Shown piece after piece: positions 1 through 14,187 of a DNA stretch of 64,000 nt. The stretch comes from Phaeosaccion multiseriatum (Eukaryota; Protista; Ochrophyta, other classes): assembly GCA_965112735.1 (NCBI GenBank), contig OZ218951.1, forward strand, positions 1,488,001 through 1,552,000. Direction: 5' to 3'. The number at the start of each line of letters is the position of its first letter. The first letter of the stretch is position 1. The notes beneath the pieces were generated by a model, which was given only the letters and a program-made list of their open reading frames with translations, was not told where the DNA came from and searched no databases. A program made the translations under genes and the position numbers.

Positions 1-1878
1 CCGTGTGGTGCTTGGAGGAGAGGACAACTGGGGAGGAGGGACGGCAGAGGAGGGACACCGATACAACACGGGCATCTCACAGATGGCGTGGAGCCCGGAT
101 TCCAAGCGTCTTGCCGTGGTCCGAGCCGCCGACGGCTTCCCGCTTGATGTGTATCAAGTCCTCGGGTGCGGAGGAGGAGGAGGAGGAGGAGGAGGAGGAG
201 AAGGAGGAGTGCATCCGGGTGCTCGTCTTACGTCCTTCCGCACCGGTGCTGGTCGGCCTCTGGCCATGTGCTGGGATGAAACGGCACTCGTCACGAGCTC
301 TGCAGGTAAGGAAGTGGGAGAGAGGGAGGGAGGAAGCGCTGGTGTGGTGGAACTACAAACTTACGTTTACGTATGTACGTACGTATGTGTGTGTGGGGGG
401 GGGTGCGTGCTCATCTCATCTGTTCTCTCCCCTTCCCCTCCCTACCTCTCTCCTCCCCCGCCCCCCTCCCCACACAGACGGCGGACTGGTGTTCTGGGTG
501 CGTCAGAGCAAGGACCGCGAGAGCATGGACATGAAGCGAAGCGTCAAGTCCGGCAACAAGTCCGAGGTGTCAGGACAAGCCTGTCAGGACCAGCATCTTT
601 GCATTGCCTCCCTCGGGGACGGGAAGTTCCTCTCCGGCGGCGCCTCGGGTAGTCTGTACATGTGGGGGGGACGTAACTGCCTCGGGGGTGTCGCAGGGGC
701 ACACAAGGGGGCGGTGTTATGTGTCTCTGTCTCTTCTTCGTCTTCTTCCGAGGAGGGAGGGGAGGGGGGAGTTGCCACCGGAGGAGCCGACGGAAAGGTG
801 TGTGAGAGAGTGAGTGAGTGGTTGATTGATTGGCTGATTGATTGATTCAATGAATGAATGCCTGAGTGACAATGAATGAGTGGAAACGATGGCCGTCATC
901 CCTTCCTGAGCAGCTTACGCGCGTAACCGCCAACTGTAACCGTCATCTGTACCTATCAACGGCCCGTGCACCCCCTCACTCAGGTCCGGCTGTGGAGGAT
1001 GCCCGGTCTCACGGAGTCGGCCCTTCTCGACGTGTACGGCACCAGCGCCATCTGCCAGCAGGTGCGTGGGGTGTCAGGACAGGGAGGGTAGCGAGTCAGG
1101 ATAGGGGCGTGAGGAGAGTGAGGACACTATCACCCAACCAACGAATCAAGACATCCACTGCACACCGCATTCCTCTAACACAACCTGCTGACTGACTGAC
1201 TGACTGACTGACTGACTGACTGACTGACTGACTGACTGACTGACTGACTGACTGACTGACTGACTGACTGACTGACTGACTGACTGACTGACTGACTGAC
1301 TGACTGACTGACTGACTGACTGACTGACTGACTGACTGACTGACTGACTGACTGACTGACTGACTGACTGACTGACTGACTGACTGACTGACTGACTGAC
1401 TGACTGACTGACTGACTGACTGACTGACTGACTGACTGACTGACTGACTGACTGACTGACTGACTGACTGACTGACTGACTGACTGACTGACTGACTGAC
1501 TGACTGACTGACTGACTGACTGACTGACTGACTGACTGACTGACTGACTGACTGACTGACTGACTGACTGACTGACTGACTGACTGACTGACTGACTGAC
1601 TGACTGACTGACTGACTGACTGACTGACTGACTGACTGACTGACTGACTGACTGACTGACTGACTGACTGACTGACTGACTGACTGACTGACTGACTGAC
1701 TGACTGACTGACTGACTGACTGACTGACTGACTGACTGACTGACTGACTGACTGACTGACTGACTGACTGACTGACTGACTGACTGACTGACTGACTGAC
1801 TGACTGACTGACTGACTGACTGACTGACTGACTGACTGACTGACTGACTGACTGACTGACTGACTGACTGACTGACTG

Positions 1879-1910
<32 letters not shown>

Positions 1911-3347
1911 ACGGACGGACGGACTGACTGACTGACTGACTGACTGACTGACTGACTGACTGACTGACTGACTGACTGACTGACTGACTGACTGACTGAC
2001 TGACTGACTGACTGACTGACTGACTGACTGACTGACTGACTGACTGACTGACTGACTGACTGACTGACTGACTGACTGACTGACTGACTGACTGACTGAC
2101 TGACTGACTGACTGACTGACTGACTGACTGACTGACTGACTGACTGACTGACTGACTGACTGACTGACTGACTGACTGACTGACTGACTGACTGACTGAC
2201 TGACTGACTGACTGACTGACTGACTGACTGACTGACTGACTGACTGACTGACTGACTGACTGACTGACTGACTGACTGACTGACTGACTGACTGACTGAC
2301 TGACTGACTGACTGACTGACTGACTGACTGACTGACTGACTGACTGACTGACTGACTGACTGACTGACTGACTGACTGACTGACTGACTGACTGACTGAC
2401 TGACTGACTGACTGACTGACTGACTGACTGACTGACTGACTGACTGACTGACTGACTGACTGACTGACTGACTGACTGACTGACTGACTGACTGACTGAC
2501 TGACTGACTGACTGACTGACTGACTGACTGACTGACTGACTGACTGACTGACTGACTGACTGACTGACTGACTGACTGACTGACTGACTGACTGACTGAC
2601 TGACTGACTGACTGACTGACTGACTGACTGACTGACTGACTGACTGACTGACTGACTGACTGACTGACTGACTGACTGACTGACTGACTGACTGACTGAC
2701 TGACTGACTGACTGACTGACTGACTGACTGACTGACTGACTGACTGACTGACTGACTGACTGACTGACTGACTGACTGACTGACTGACTGACTGACTGAC
2801 TGACTGACTGACTGACTGACTGACCGACCGACCGACGCTCTTAATCAAATGAAATGAAACGAAATGAAATCAGGTCATCTCGGTGGATCTCTCCTCCGAC
2901 GGCAAGAAGGCCCTCGTCTGCACAAAGAGTGCGGAAATCTTTGAGCTCTCTACCACCTTCATCCGGGACGAAGACCAGGGGGAGGAGGAGGACGGGGCTC
3001 CCCCCCGGGGCACCCCGGTGGGCCACGACCTCAACGGGGGCGCAGTGGTGTCAGGACACTTTGGAGACGTGCAGGCGCTTGCGGTCAAGCCCGGGGGGGG
3101 CGAGATGGTGTGCGCTACCGCCGCCGGAGACGGCCTCGTCAGGTTCGTTCTTCTGTTGTGTTCGTTCGTGACAGGTGTAGCGTAGTGAAGTTGTGATGTC
3201 AGTCATGTCGGTCAGTTTGTTAATACCTGGTTTCAGTCAGGCTGGCAGTCAGGGAGATAGTGCCTAGTGTCAGGAAGCCAGTGAGTCAGTGAGTCAGTGA
3301 GTCAGTCGGTCAGTAAGTAAGTAAGTAAGTCAGTCAGTCAGTAGGTA

Positions 3348-3378
<31 letters not shown>

Positions 3379-6300
3379 AAGTCACTCTCAGTCAATGAAT
3401 CGAGTCCTCCCCCCTCCCCTGACCCGAACCTTCACCCTAATCCTAACCCTAAGCCCCCCTCCCTCCCTCTCCCCATCCTCAACACAACACCACCACTCCT
3501 CCTCCTCGTCCTCCTCCTCCACCACCACCGCCACCACCACCATCACCACCACCACCACCACCACCACCACCACCACCACCACACCACCACCACAACAACA
3601 ACACCACACCACCACCACAACAACAACACCACACCACCACCACCACAACAACACCACACCACCAGACTGTGGTCCTTGACCCCTCCCCGAAAGTCGCTCT
3701 TTGTACACACACTCGACAACCGCCAGAGCAGCGCTGGGGCTCTTGCATTCTCGCCAGACGGAGCCCTCTTGGTAGTGGGCATCTCCAAGGGACCCAAGGC
3801 CGGATGCATCCTCATCATCGCCGATGGAGGCGTTGGGGCCGTGCTGGGAGAGTTTAGGGTTGTAGGTGAGTGAGTGAGTGAGTGGATGGGTGGATAGGAG
3901 GTGGATGGGGTAGGTGAGTGGGTAGGTAGGTGGGTACGTGGGTGGGTAAGTAGGTGAGCGGGTAGGTGGGTGGGTAGATGGGTGGGTAGGTAGGTGGGTG
4001 GGTAGATGGGTGGGTGGGTAGGTCTGTAGGTAGGTGGGTGGGTAGGTAGGTGGATAGGTAGGTGGGTAGGTGGGTGGGTTAGTGGAGATGAGAGTGGGGT
4101 CGGTGGGTGGGCGTAGTGTCATGCAGTCCCTCTTTTGTCTCTCTTTCTCGCTCCTCTTTCTCTGCTTTGTCGCACTGAAACTGGCACTCAACCTCTACCC
4201 CTCCTCCCTCTTCCCTTCAGACGCCTCCGCCTCTGCTGCCGAGAAGGCCATCTCCCTCCTACGCTTCAACCCCGTTCCTTCTACCGCCGGAGAGGGGAGT
4301 GTGTACGCCTTGCTCGTGGGTACGGCCTCGGGGCTTGTGAAGCTCCTCACCACTCCCCTGACCGCCGAAGGTATGGCGTATGTGGGGTGTCTAGGGTATG
4401 GGATATGGGGTGTGTGAACACTTGTTTGAATTGATTGATTGATTGATTGATTGATTGATATTTGGTTGATTGATTGACTGTCCTGACACCCGCCCTCCGC
4501 TACCCTTTACTGCCATCCCTCACCCATCCACCGACTGCCATCTCCCCGCCCCATCCACTGCCACCCCCCCTCAGAGGCCATGGCTGAAGTCGCCGCCTTG
4601 ATGGTGGCCAACGCCGAGGCCAAAGTTGCCGCCAGAGCGGCGCTGGAGGAGGCAGCAGAGGCGGCGGGGGAGACTGGTGAGTTCGACTCCTCTCTCTCTC
4701 TTTCGCCCGTGCTCTGTCTCTCTCTCTCTTTCCCTCTCTCTGTTTATCTTTCTCTCTCTCCTTCTCTCTCTCGCTCCCTCTCTCTCTCTTTCTCTCTGTC
4801 TGTCTCCCTTTGCCTCTCTCTTTCCCTCTCTCTTTCCCTCTCTCAATCGCGCACACTGTGACACACACTCTCCGTATGCGTATGTGCATGTAACTCCGCC
4901 AACCTCATCCCCCATCCCTCCACAGCACCCCCAGCAGAAGAGGGCAACAGCGCCTCTGACCCCTCCTCCACTGTGCTCACGGGCGGCTGGACAGTCAAGC
5001 ACTCCATGGAGGCAGGAGCCTTGCTCCAGGGCAGAGTCACAGCTGCCGACTACACCTTGGATGGGGCATGGGTCATGCTCAACAGCGACGGAGCGGAAAC
5101 CTCCAATACCAATGGCAGTGAGCCGTCGTGGGGCGGGCCTGAGAAGACGTTCGGTGTGCTCAATGCCGCGACGGGTGCCCCTGCCTCCGCTGACTTGAAG
5201 GAGCTGAGGGGGGAGGATGGGAGGGGCAGGTGAGAGTGAAGATGGGGAGGCATACGGGCGTACGTTAGAAGGACATGAGGGCCTCAGCCACCCTTCCATC
5301 ACTCATTGACTGTTTCAATGCACCTTTCTCACCCTCCCTTTCCCCCCCCCCTCTCCGCTCTTCCTCCCTCCCCTCCCTCCCTCCCTCCCTCCCTCCCTCT
5401 CTCCCTCCCTCTCTCCCTCCCTCTTTTCCTTTCTACCCCCCCACCCCACCTTGGGGCTCACTCCCCCCTCTCTCCCCCAGACCCGAGTGGATCACAACGA
5501 GCTGCGGAATCTCCTATGGCTCCCGGGGGGCGTGGAACGAAGAGGAGGGCGCAAGGAGCAAGCCCACTGCCATCGAGCTCGTCAAGGCCGCTCCCGATGA
5601 TGGAGGGGATGGCAGTCCATTGTTGCTCTCCGCCGACGGACTCGGCCGGGTGAAGCTCACCCCTCACCTCGCATTGGAGCGGCAGCAGCAGGCATCATCC
5701 ACTGCCATCCCCTCCAATCCCCTCTCCAAGGCGTTCTACGCACACGCCGGAGCGGTGACCGGCATGGGACTCGCGCCCCCCGGGGACGAGGCCTCTGCCG
5801 GGGGCGAAAAGGCACTGGTCACAGTTGGCGGAGCAGACCAATGCCTGGTGCAGTGGGGGCTGGAGTTGGACGAGGGGGCAGAGAGCGGGGAAGAACTCTT
5901 TGAAAAGGGGGCAGGAGGGGATGACGCGGACGAAGAGGAGGAGGAGGAGGAGGACGACGACGACGATGAGGGGGGAGGCAAGAAGAAGGAGCCGGCCTTT
6001 GTAGACCCGCACCCGCCCCCTGACGAGGACATGATGTCGGGTTTGGATCTGGCTCTCCCGCCTCGAGTGGAGATGGATCGGGCGGGCGACAAGACCCTGC
6101 TATTCAAGGCGGAGCGAGAGGGAAGGACCAACACGGCCGGGCAGGGCCTGGACTGGCTCGTGACCTCTGCCTCAGGCGCTGCCTCTTCCTCTTCCAACAA
6201 CAGCAGCAACAATGAGGAAGACAACGAGCAACAGCAACGCCAACAGCAGCAGGAGGAAGGAGGAGGAGGAATCACAACTGGCGTGCCGGAGGACGACCTC

Positions 6301-6541
6301 GATTTGGAGTGGATCCACGGTTACAGCGCCCAGTCCACCCGACAGAGCCTCTTCTATAACGCCAAGGGCCAGGTGGTCTATCCGGCGGCGGGCGTAGGGG
6401 TGGTGCTGACGAAGGGTGGTGGAGGAGGAGCTGCGGTGGATCGTCTGGGAAGAGAGGTGCTGCCCACGGTGGACGGACCGCAATTCAACGGGCAGGACTT
6501 TTACATGCAGCACACGCAGGTGATGAGAGGGTGCTCTACCA

Positions 6542-6623
<82 letters not shown>

Positions 6624-7733
6624 TGAGTGTGTGTGTGCGTGTGTGTGTGCGTGTGTGTGTGCGTGTGTGTGCGTGTGTGAGGTGTGTGTGTGTGCGTGTG
6701 TGCGTGTGTGTGGTGTGTTTGTGTACACACGCGCGCGTGTGTGTGGGGGGAGAGAGAATTTGCAGGGGTTTGATTTCTCCGTTCGTTTCCCTTTCCACTC
6801 TTCATTCTAATTTCCCTCACTTCCCCGTGTACCCCTACTTCGTCCCCTCCGTCCCCTCCCCCTTCTCTACCCTCCGCCCTCTCTACCCTCCCCCCTCCCT
6901 CCCCTCCCCCCTCTCTCCCCTTCCTCTCCTATATGCCTCTGAATCCCCTTACCCCCACAGCGCCTCACCAGCGTCGCTCGCCACCCTCACGGCCTCCTCA
7001 TGGCCTCCGGACAAGAGGGAGACGCGCCCATCGTCACCGTGTGGGACTCCGTCACCAGAGAGACAGTCGCCAGCCTGTGTCCCCCCGTCAAGGGCTGTGT
7101 GAGCCAGGTAGCGTTCAGTGCGTGCGGAAAGTTCTTGGCGGTGGCGTGTGAGGACGCCCCTGCCCACTCGGTGTTTGTCTATCGCTGGGAGCAGGGCCTT
7201 ATTAGGTGCGTGTGCGTGTGCGTGTGCGTGTGCGTGTGCGTGTGCGTGTGCGTGTGCGTGTGCGTGTGCGTGTGCGTGTCGGGTCCGTGTGGCACGTCAA
7301 TGAATGACATGATAAGTCACTGGATGGATGACAGAAGCACTTGATAGCACCACGGATATTTCTCTTTCTGTAACTGACACTGAGAGTGATCGTGATTGAG
7401 GGGACCACACCTCCTTACATACTACTTCCTTCATTGCACCAGTGGACGGTACACACACTCCTCATTCATTGACTTCTTGACTCATGGAATCCTTGACTTA
7501 CTGATTTACTGACTTACTCACTTGCTCCCCAAACAGGTGCCGCTCGTCGGAGTCGCAGGGTAAGGTGCTTGCCTTGGCCTTTAGCGAAGACGGGGGGCAG
7601 CTCCTTGCAGCAGGGATCAAGCACTTTAGGGTACGTCGGGTGGGGACGGACGGGGGGAGGGGGAGGGAGGGAAGGAGGGAGAGAGGGAGGGAGGGAGAGA
7701 GGGAGGGGAGTGGAGGGAGGGAGGGAGGGAGAA

Positions 7734-7783
<50 letters not shown>

Positions 7784-10700
7784 AGGGAGGGAAGGAGGGA
7801 GGGAGGGAGAGGCGAGTGGAGGGAAGGCCTACTCACAACTCACAACTCACATCTATCACCGCGCTCATCTCATCCCAACCTCGCCCCTGAATGGATCCCC
7901 AATCACCATATCACCAACACGTACAGGTGTTCACCCTCCGCGGCTCGCACATGACCGGGCTCCGCGGGCTCTTCGGCTCGGGCTCCAAGGTCCAGCCCAT
8001 CCTTTGCGCCGTTGCCGTGGGGGGAGAGAACCCGGCCTTCCTCATGGGTGCCTACGATGGCACTATCCTGAGGGTGGACAAAGGCTCTCGGAAGGTTGCT
8101 GCAGCTACAGAGGCGCACAAGGGGCCTGTGTATGCTCTGTGCACGTACCCGGGAGCGGAGGTGAGGTGGGGTTTATTCATTGGCTTAATAGGAATTTATT
8201 GACTTAATAGGAATCATCTAAGAAACTGAAAGTTAAAGTGTGGGTAGGGGGGTGGAGTTTGTGTGTGACTGTGGGTGACTGTTGTGGGGTGTGGTGGGTT
8301 GCGTGGGACGGTTGCGTGAGTAAGGGGAAAGGGGGGCTGATGGGTGGATGTGTAGAGCTGCGTAGGGTTGGAGGTGTGTGTGTATGTGTGTGTGTGTATG
8401 TGCTTGTGTTTCCAACCCCGTTTTGCGTGTGTACCCAACCCCTCCCCTTCATCCCCACCCCTCCACACACATACACACATACGTAACTATTAGGTTGATT
8501 CCAATAAGTCATTAATATCCCCTCCACCTCACACCCTCTCCCTCCCAGGCCGGCACCACCAACTTCCTCTCCGGCGGCCGAGACGGTCTCATCAAGAAGT
8601 GGGACTCTGAACTCACAGGTCTCGACGAGGAAGGCGAAGAACTAACTCTCCAAGGAAGGGAGGCCTATCTGACCAGCACCGCGGTGAGGGCGTTGTGTGT
8701 CAACACATTTGGCGACGCTCGTAAGGTGGTGGTGGGCACGGCTGCCTCGGAGATCGTGGAGCTTTCCATGCTCGATGGAAGGGATATCAACTCCGGTAAG
8801 GGGAGGGGGGAGGAGGAGAAGGCGGGGGCGGAGGGAGAGGGAGTTGGTGTCTGAGTTTCGGTTTCAATTCATTAGCCATTGGCGTCTCTCCCAAACCCAA
8901 ACCCGAACAACAGAAACTCAGCTTCAAACTCCTCCTCATTCACTACACTTCAAACTCATCCTCAAACACACTAACATTAACATGTCCGTCCTACTCCAAC
9001 TCAAACTGCACCTTCCCTCCCTCCCCCTCGCCCTCCTTGCAGGCATGACCCTGGTGTCAGGACACAGCCGCCGCTCTCTGTGGGGCCTGTCTGTGCACCC
9101 CGCCAAGCCCCTCTACGCTACAGTTGGCGATGATATGGTGCTGAAGGAGTGGAGTATCACCAACAGGCGCCAGGTCCGCCAGCTGCAGCTCGACGATTGG
9201 GGCCGAGTCTGCACCTACAGGTGCGGGTGTATACGCATGTGTTCATATTCATGTGTTGGTTATATGTTCACGCGTTGGCGACGGTCATGGTAGTAAGCGT
9301 TTGTTGTACACGCGTGGAGACTTGGTCCTATTTATAAGATCGACAATGGCGCCTGTTCTCCCTCTCCCTCCCTCCCTGCATTCCACTCACAGACGGCCCC
9401 CTCCCTCTCTCCCTCCCTCCCTCCCTCCCTCCCTCCCTCCCCACCCCTCCATCAGTCCCAACGGCTTGCTCATTGCCGTCGCCCAAGGAGGCCCCCCGCC
9501 CGAAGACCCGGTGTCTCCCCTGGCGCCCCCTGCCCCCCCTGCTGCCGCAACTGGCGACAACTCTGCTCCAGGAGGAGGAGGAGATGAAGAGGGAGACGGA
9601 GAGGCTCAAACCGAGGGTGAGGGCGAAGGAGCACCCACAGATGGAGGCGATGCGGATGCCGGATCACCAACTGCTGACGCTGCTGCTGCCGTTGGTGAGG
9701 CTGGTGAGGCTGATGCTGCTGAAGCAGCGGTGCCCCGGCCCAAGTCGGGATGCATCAAGATCGTCAGCGGGATGGAGGGACAGCTGCGTCTGGTGAATGA
9801 GGTGGCGGATTGCTCATCTGGATGGGTCACAGATGTCAAATTCTCCCCTGACGGTTCCAAGATGGGCTGCACGGCCTCTGATGGGAATGTCTATCTCTAT
9901 GATGTGCATGAGAACTTCACCCTCTTCAAGGTAAGAGATGTGGAGGAGGGAGGAGGGAGGGGAGGGGCGTGCCCACACACACACACACACAGCCAAACAA
10001 TGCCAACCTCAAAACACGCGAACTTAGTAATCAAACCTCACTCAACCCACCCACCCACCCACCCACCCACCCACCCCCCCACCCACTCACCCACCCACTC
10101 ACGCACCCACTCACGCACACACCCACCTACATATCTACCCATCCCCACACCCACCCACTCACGTACCCACTCGCCCACCCACTCACCCACCCACTCACCC
10201 ACCCACTCACCCACCCACCCACCCACTCACTCACTCACCCACCCACCCACCCACCCATCTATCTACCCACCCATCTATCTACCCACCCATCTATCTACCC
10301 ACCCACTCACCTACCCACCCACTCACGTACCCACTCACCCACCCATCTTCCTGCCCATACACTGCCATCCTCAGGTGCTGGACGGTGCACCCCACCCCCT
10401 GCACCGCCTCGACTTCTCGCAGGACGGAGGGTGGATCCGTGCCGTGACGAGCATCGACCCTGGCCACAGCAACGACTCGGAAATCTTAAAGCGGGCTCGG
10501 ACCTCTGCTGGACTCGTCTTCTACAACGTTGACTCCGGCGAGTGCCTCGCAGGAGGGAGCGGCAGTGGAGCGGAGAAGGACTTGGAGCAGACGCTGTGGG
10601 CGACGTGCAGCTGTACTCTCGGCAAGGAGGTGCGGGGGGCGTGGCCGGTGTCTGCGCGAGACCCCATGGACGTTACTGCCATCTGTAGGTCCAAGGATGG

Positions 10701-13032
10701 CACGCTGTTGTTGTCCGGCCACGCTTCTGGCGACGTGCACCTGTCGTCCTCTTCTGCTGCCGCTGGTGGATCACCAAGTGCTACGGCTACGGGAACTGCC
10801 CCCTTCAAGGCCTTTAAGGGGCATGGTGCGGCGGGGGTGAGGGGTGCGGTCTTCACAGCCAGTGACAGTCACGTCATCACAATTGGCGGTCGGGACCGCT
10901 GTGTGTTCCAGTGGGGGAGGAAGGCGGCGGCGACGGCGGCGGCTGGTGAATCACCAACTGCTGTATCACCACCCTCCCCGTCGGCCGAGAGCGGCACGGA
11001 AGACGCCGTGCTGAGAAGAGAGCTCCAGACTACGGGTAAGTCAGTGAGGACAGCGAGGGAGTGGCAGGACAGTGAGGGAGTGTCAGGATAGTGAGTGAGG
11101 GAGTGCAAGGACGGAGGGTGGAGAGAGTGCCAGGACAGTGAGTCAGTGAATGTCAGGACTGTCAGTCAGTGAGTGTCAGGACAGTCAGTCCGTGTCAGGA
11201 CACTGAGTGAATAACAGGGTAGTGAGTGAGAGTTCTACGCTCTCTCCTCCTTGACTCGCCCCTCAACCCACTCCCTCCTCTTCCACGCCCCTCTGTCGAA
11301 TATCAACCAACCAACCAACCAACCAACCAACCAACCAACCAACCAACCAACCAACCAACCAACCAACCAACCAACCAACCGACCACCCACGCACGCAGCC
11401 TCGGCCGTCGCCAGCGCCGACGAGCAGCAGATCACCAACCCCTCTACCGCGCCGGTGTGTGCGGTCGTGAGCGCCACCAGCTCCGACTACCTGCAAGGCT
11501 GCAACCCCTCGGGGGACACCCCCGGGGGGCGCGCTAGCCTCGGTCTGACCCCCGATGGTCGCGTGGTGCTTACGAGAGGAGCGTGTGGGGCCGTGTTCGA
11601 TAAGCTCACCAAGACACAGATTGTGTACAGCGGACACCGGGTGAGTGAGTGGATGGGTGGGTGGGTGGGTGGGTGTGGGTGTGGGTGTGGGTGTGGGTGT
11701 GGATGAGTGAGTACTTGAGTGTGTGTCAGGACATCGAGTGGGTGAGTGAGGTAAGGGCAGTGAGTGAGTGAATGATTGAGTGAGTGAGTGTCAGGACAGT
11801 GAGTGAAGTGAAGTGATAGCAGAGGTGACCGCAACGGGATAGCAAAAGGCGACGGGGAATATCTCGCGTGCCGTTTCCCTTGTTGCATACTTCAATCCAA
11901 GTCGATAGATGCTTTACTCCCCAAGGGAGGTTCAATATCTTTTTGGTGAAGAACCTAAACGTTTATTGTCTCCTCCTCCTCCTCCTCCTCCTCCTCCTCC
12001 TCCTCCTCCTCCTCCTCCTCCTCCTCCTCCTCCTCCCCTCCTCCTCCTCCTCCTCCTCCTCCTCCTCCTCCTCCTCCTCCTCCTCCTCCTCCTCCTCCTC
12101 CTCCTCCTCCTCCTCCTCCTCCTCCTCCTCCTCCTCCTCCTCCTCCTCCTCCTCCTCCTCCTCCTCCTCCTCCTCCTCCTCCTCCTCCTCCTCCTCCTCC
12201 TCCTCCTCCTCCTCCTCCTCCTCCTCCTCCTCCTCCTCCTCCTCCTCCTCCTCCTCCTCCTCCTCCTCCTCCTCCTCCTCCTCCTCCTCCTCCTCCTCCT
12301 CCTCCTCCTCCTCCTCCTCCTCCTCCTCCCCCTCCCCTCCCTCACCCATCCATTGGCACCCCCCAGGGAGTGACAATCATATCCCTGGCCCTCACCCCTG
12401 CCGGAGACATTGCGGCCACGGGTGACGCCTCAGGAGCCATTAAGGTAATCACAAACACAAAGGAACCCACGTCCCCACCCCCTTGGGGCATGGGCCATGT
12501 AGGGTCATACCGGTATAGACAGAGCAAACGCACCCTCTCTCCCCCTACGATCCCAGACACAAAGTAGGCTACTACACCCTCGCTCTACGATATCCACCAG
12601 CCCCCCTCTTCCTACCCTACCTCACCCTCTCCATCCACTGCCATCCCACCCCATCGACCCCCCCCCACCCCCCTTCCCTCCAGTTGTGGTCCACTCGCAC
12701 CGGCGAGGAAGTGCTGAGTCTGCCTCTCAGCCACTCCGGGCCAGTCACACGCCTCAGCTTCAGCGGCGACGGAAAGAAGCTCGCCTCCGTCGGTAAGTGT
12801 GTGTGTGGGTGAGAGTGTGTGTGAGAGTGTGTGTGAGTGAGTGTGTGTATGTATGTGTATGTATGTGTGTGTGCGTGTGCGTGTGCGTGTGCGTGTATGT
12901 GCGTGCCCTCCTCCTCCTCTTCCTCTTCCTCTTCCTCCTCCTCCAGCTCCCACACCACATTCTCAAACCCAGCACACAACAGTATTAACACCTTTCCACA
13001 CACACACACCCACACACACACACACACACACT

Positions 13033-13064
<32 letters not shown>

Positions 13065-14187
13065 AACAGGAGGTGACTCGGACAACACGCTGGTGATCCA
13101 CTCGTCTCCCTCGGGTCGCTGGTCCGACGGCGGGCTCTGCTCCTCTTCCAGCAAGGGCCAGGCCCAAAAGGTGCTGTTTGTGTCGTGGACGGAAGCCATC
13201 AAAGCGGCGCAGCTGAAAGAGCTCACAGATGGGTTTGCGAAGACTGCACTCGCGAAGAAGGCTGCTCGGAAGGCTAGGCGGGCTAGAGAGGCGGCCGGGG
13301 AGGAGCAGGAGGAGGGTGAGGCAGAGAAGGAGAAGGACGAGGACGAGGAGGACGAGGACGAGGATGAGGAGGACGACGACGAGGAGGACGACGAGGAGGA
13401 GGAGGCCGTGGAGAAGAAGAAGAAGCGAGCCGCAGCTGCCGCGAAACGAGCGCTGAAGAAGGCCCAACAGGCCATGGCCGCCCTTCCTTCACACGACCTA
13501 GTCACTGGCGGTGTTGGACATATGACGTTTTGGTCGCTGTCGCCAAACCTCACCTCCGTGCGGGGCGTGTTCAGGGACCAAGACCTGGCCGACAAGGTAC
13601 GAAGAAAGAAGGAACTAATGGATTGAAAGTCGAGAGAGTGATTGGATTTGGCCTGATGATACCCCCCCCCTCCCTCCCTCCCTCCCTCCCTCCCTCCCTC
13701 CCCCCCCCCCGGCCCCGCCCCGTTCCTCTCTCTCTTCCTCTCTCTCTCTCTGTATGTACGTACGTCTGCCTGCCTGTCTCTTCAGGCGGCACTCCTCACC
13801 GCAGCCGTAACCGTCGGATCCAGGACGATCACAGCCACCGCCTCGGGGCACCTTCTCGCTTGGGAGGGGCTCACCTGCGTCGAGTCCATCTCCGCCGACG
13901 TCGCCAACTCCGGTGAAGGAGGGGGGGAGCCTCTGTACGCGCTCGCACCCACGCCCTCGGGAGGGGTCGTGAGTGTGAGTAAGAGCTCTATTCAAGTGTG
14001 GGACTCCAGCCTCCGCCCTCGAGCGACGATGGCAGTGGATGATGGCGGTGATGAGGATGGCAGTGGACGGGTAACGGCGGTGGCGTGCGATGTGTACGAG
14101 TGCCGCTTGGTCCTGGGCTGCGCAAACGGTGCGGTGAAGGAGGCTGTCTTGGACAGTCAGACCACCTTCACTCTGTTGGAGGGATGA
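1..14187 (+). CDS. Echinoderm microtubule-associated protein-like (EML5/EML6-type) multi-WD40 protein, 5'-partial. Introns: 306-477, 798-983, 1062-2873, 3143-3665, 3866-4220, 4371-4574, 4677-4925, 5230-5480, 6520-6960, 7206-7536, 7631-7926, 8161-8548, 8796-9042, 9221-9455, 9931-10374, 11036-11398, 11641-12366, 12445-12683, 12793-13069, 13597-13785
   Basis: GT-AG introns with consistent phases join WD repeats (ATGGADGK|[44 protein letters not shown]). HELP motif [24 protein letters not shown] at about 6286-6357. Stop TGA ends at 14187. Confidence 0.88.
1188..2824 (+). repeat. (CTGA)n / (TGAC)n tetranucleotide array of about 1.6 kb inside EML intron 1062-2873
   Basis: Near-perfect array with one short (GGAC)n interruption at about 1904-1922. 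It produces the spurious SQSV ORF. Confidence 0.98.
6543..6745 (+). repeat. (GT)n microsatellite at the 5' end of EML intron 6520-6960
   Basis: Seen directly. Confidence 0.95.
7206..7278 (+). repeat. (GTGCGT)n array starting exactly at the intron donor
   Basis: AG|GTGCGT GTGCGT..., about 12 units. Confidence 0.95.
11970..12327 (+). repeat. (CCT)n trinucleotide array in the 3' part of EML intron 11641-12366
   Basis: Seen directly; produces poly-S/L/P/E/R artefact ORFs. Confidence 0.97.

Noticed and set aside
1175-2848. 557-aa SQSV ORF on the minus strand
   Set aside because: Translation of the (TGAC)n microsatellite inside an EML intron.
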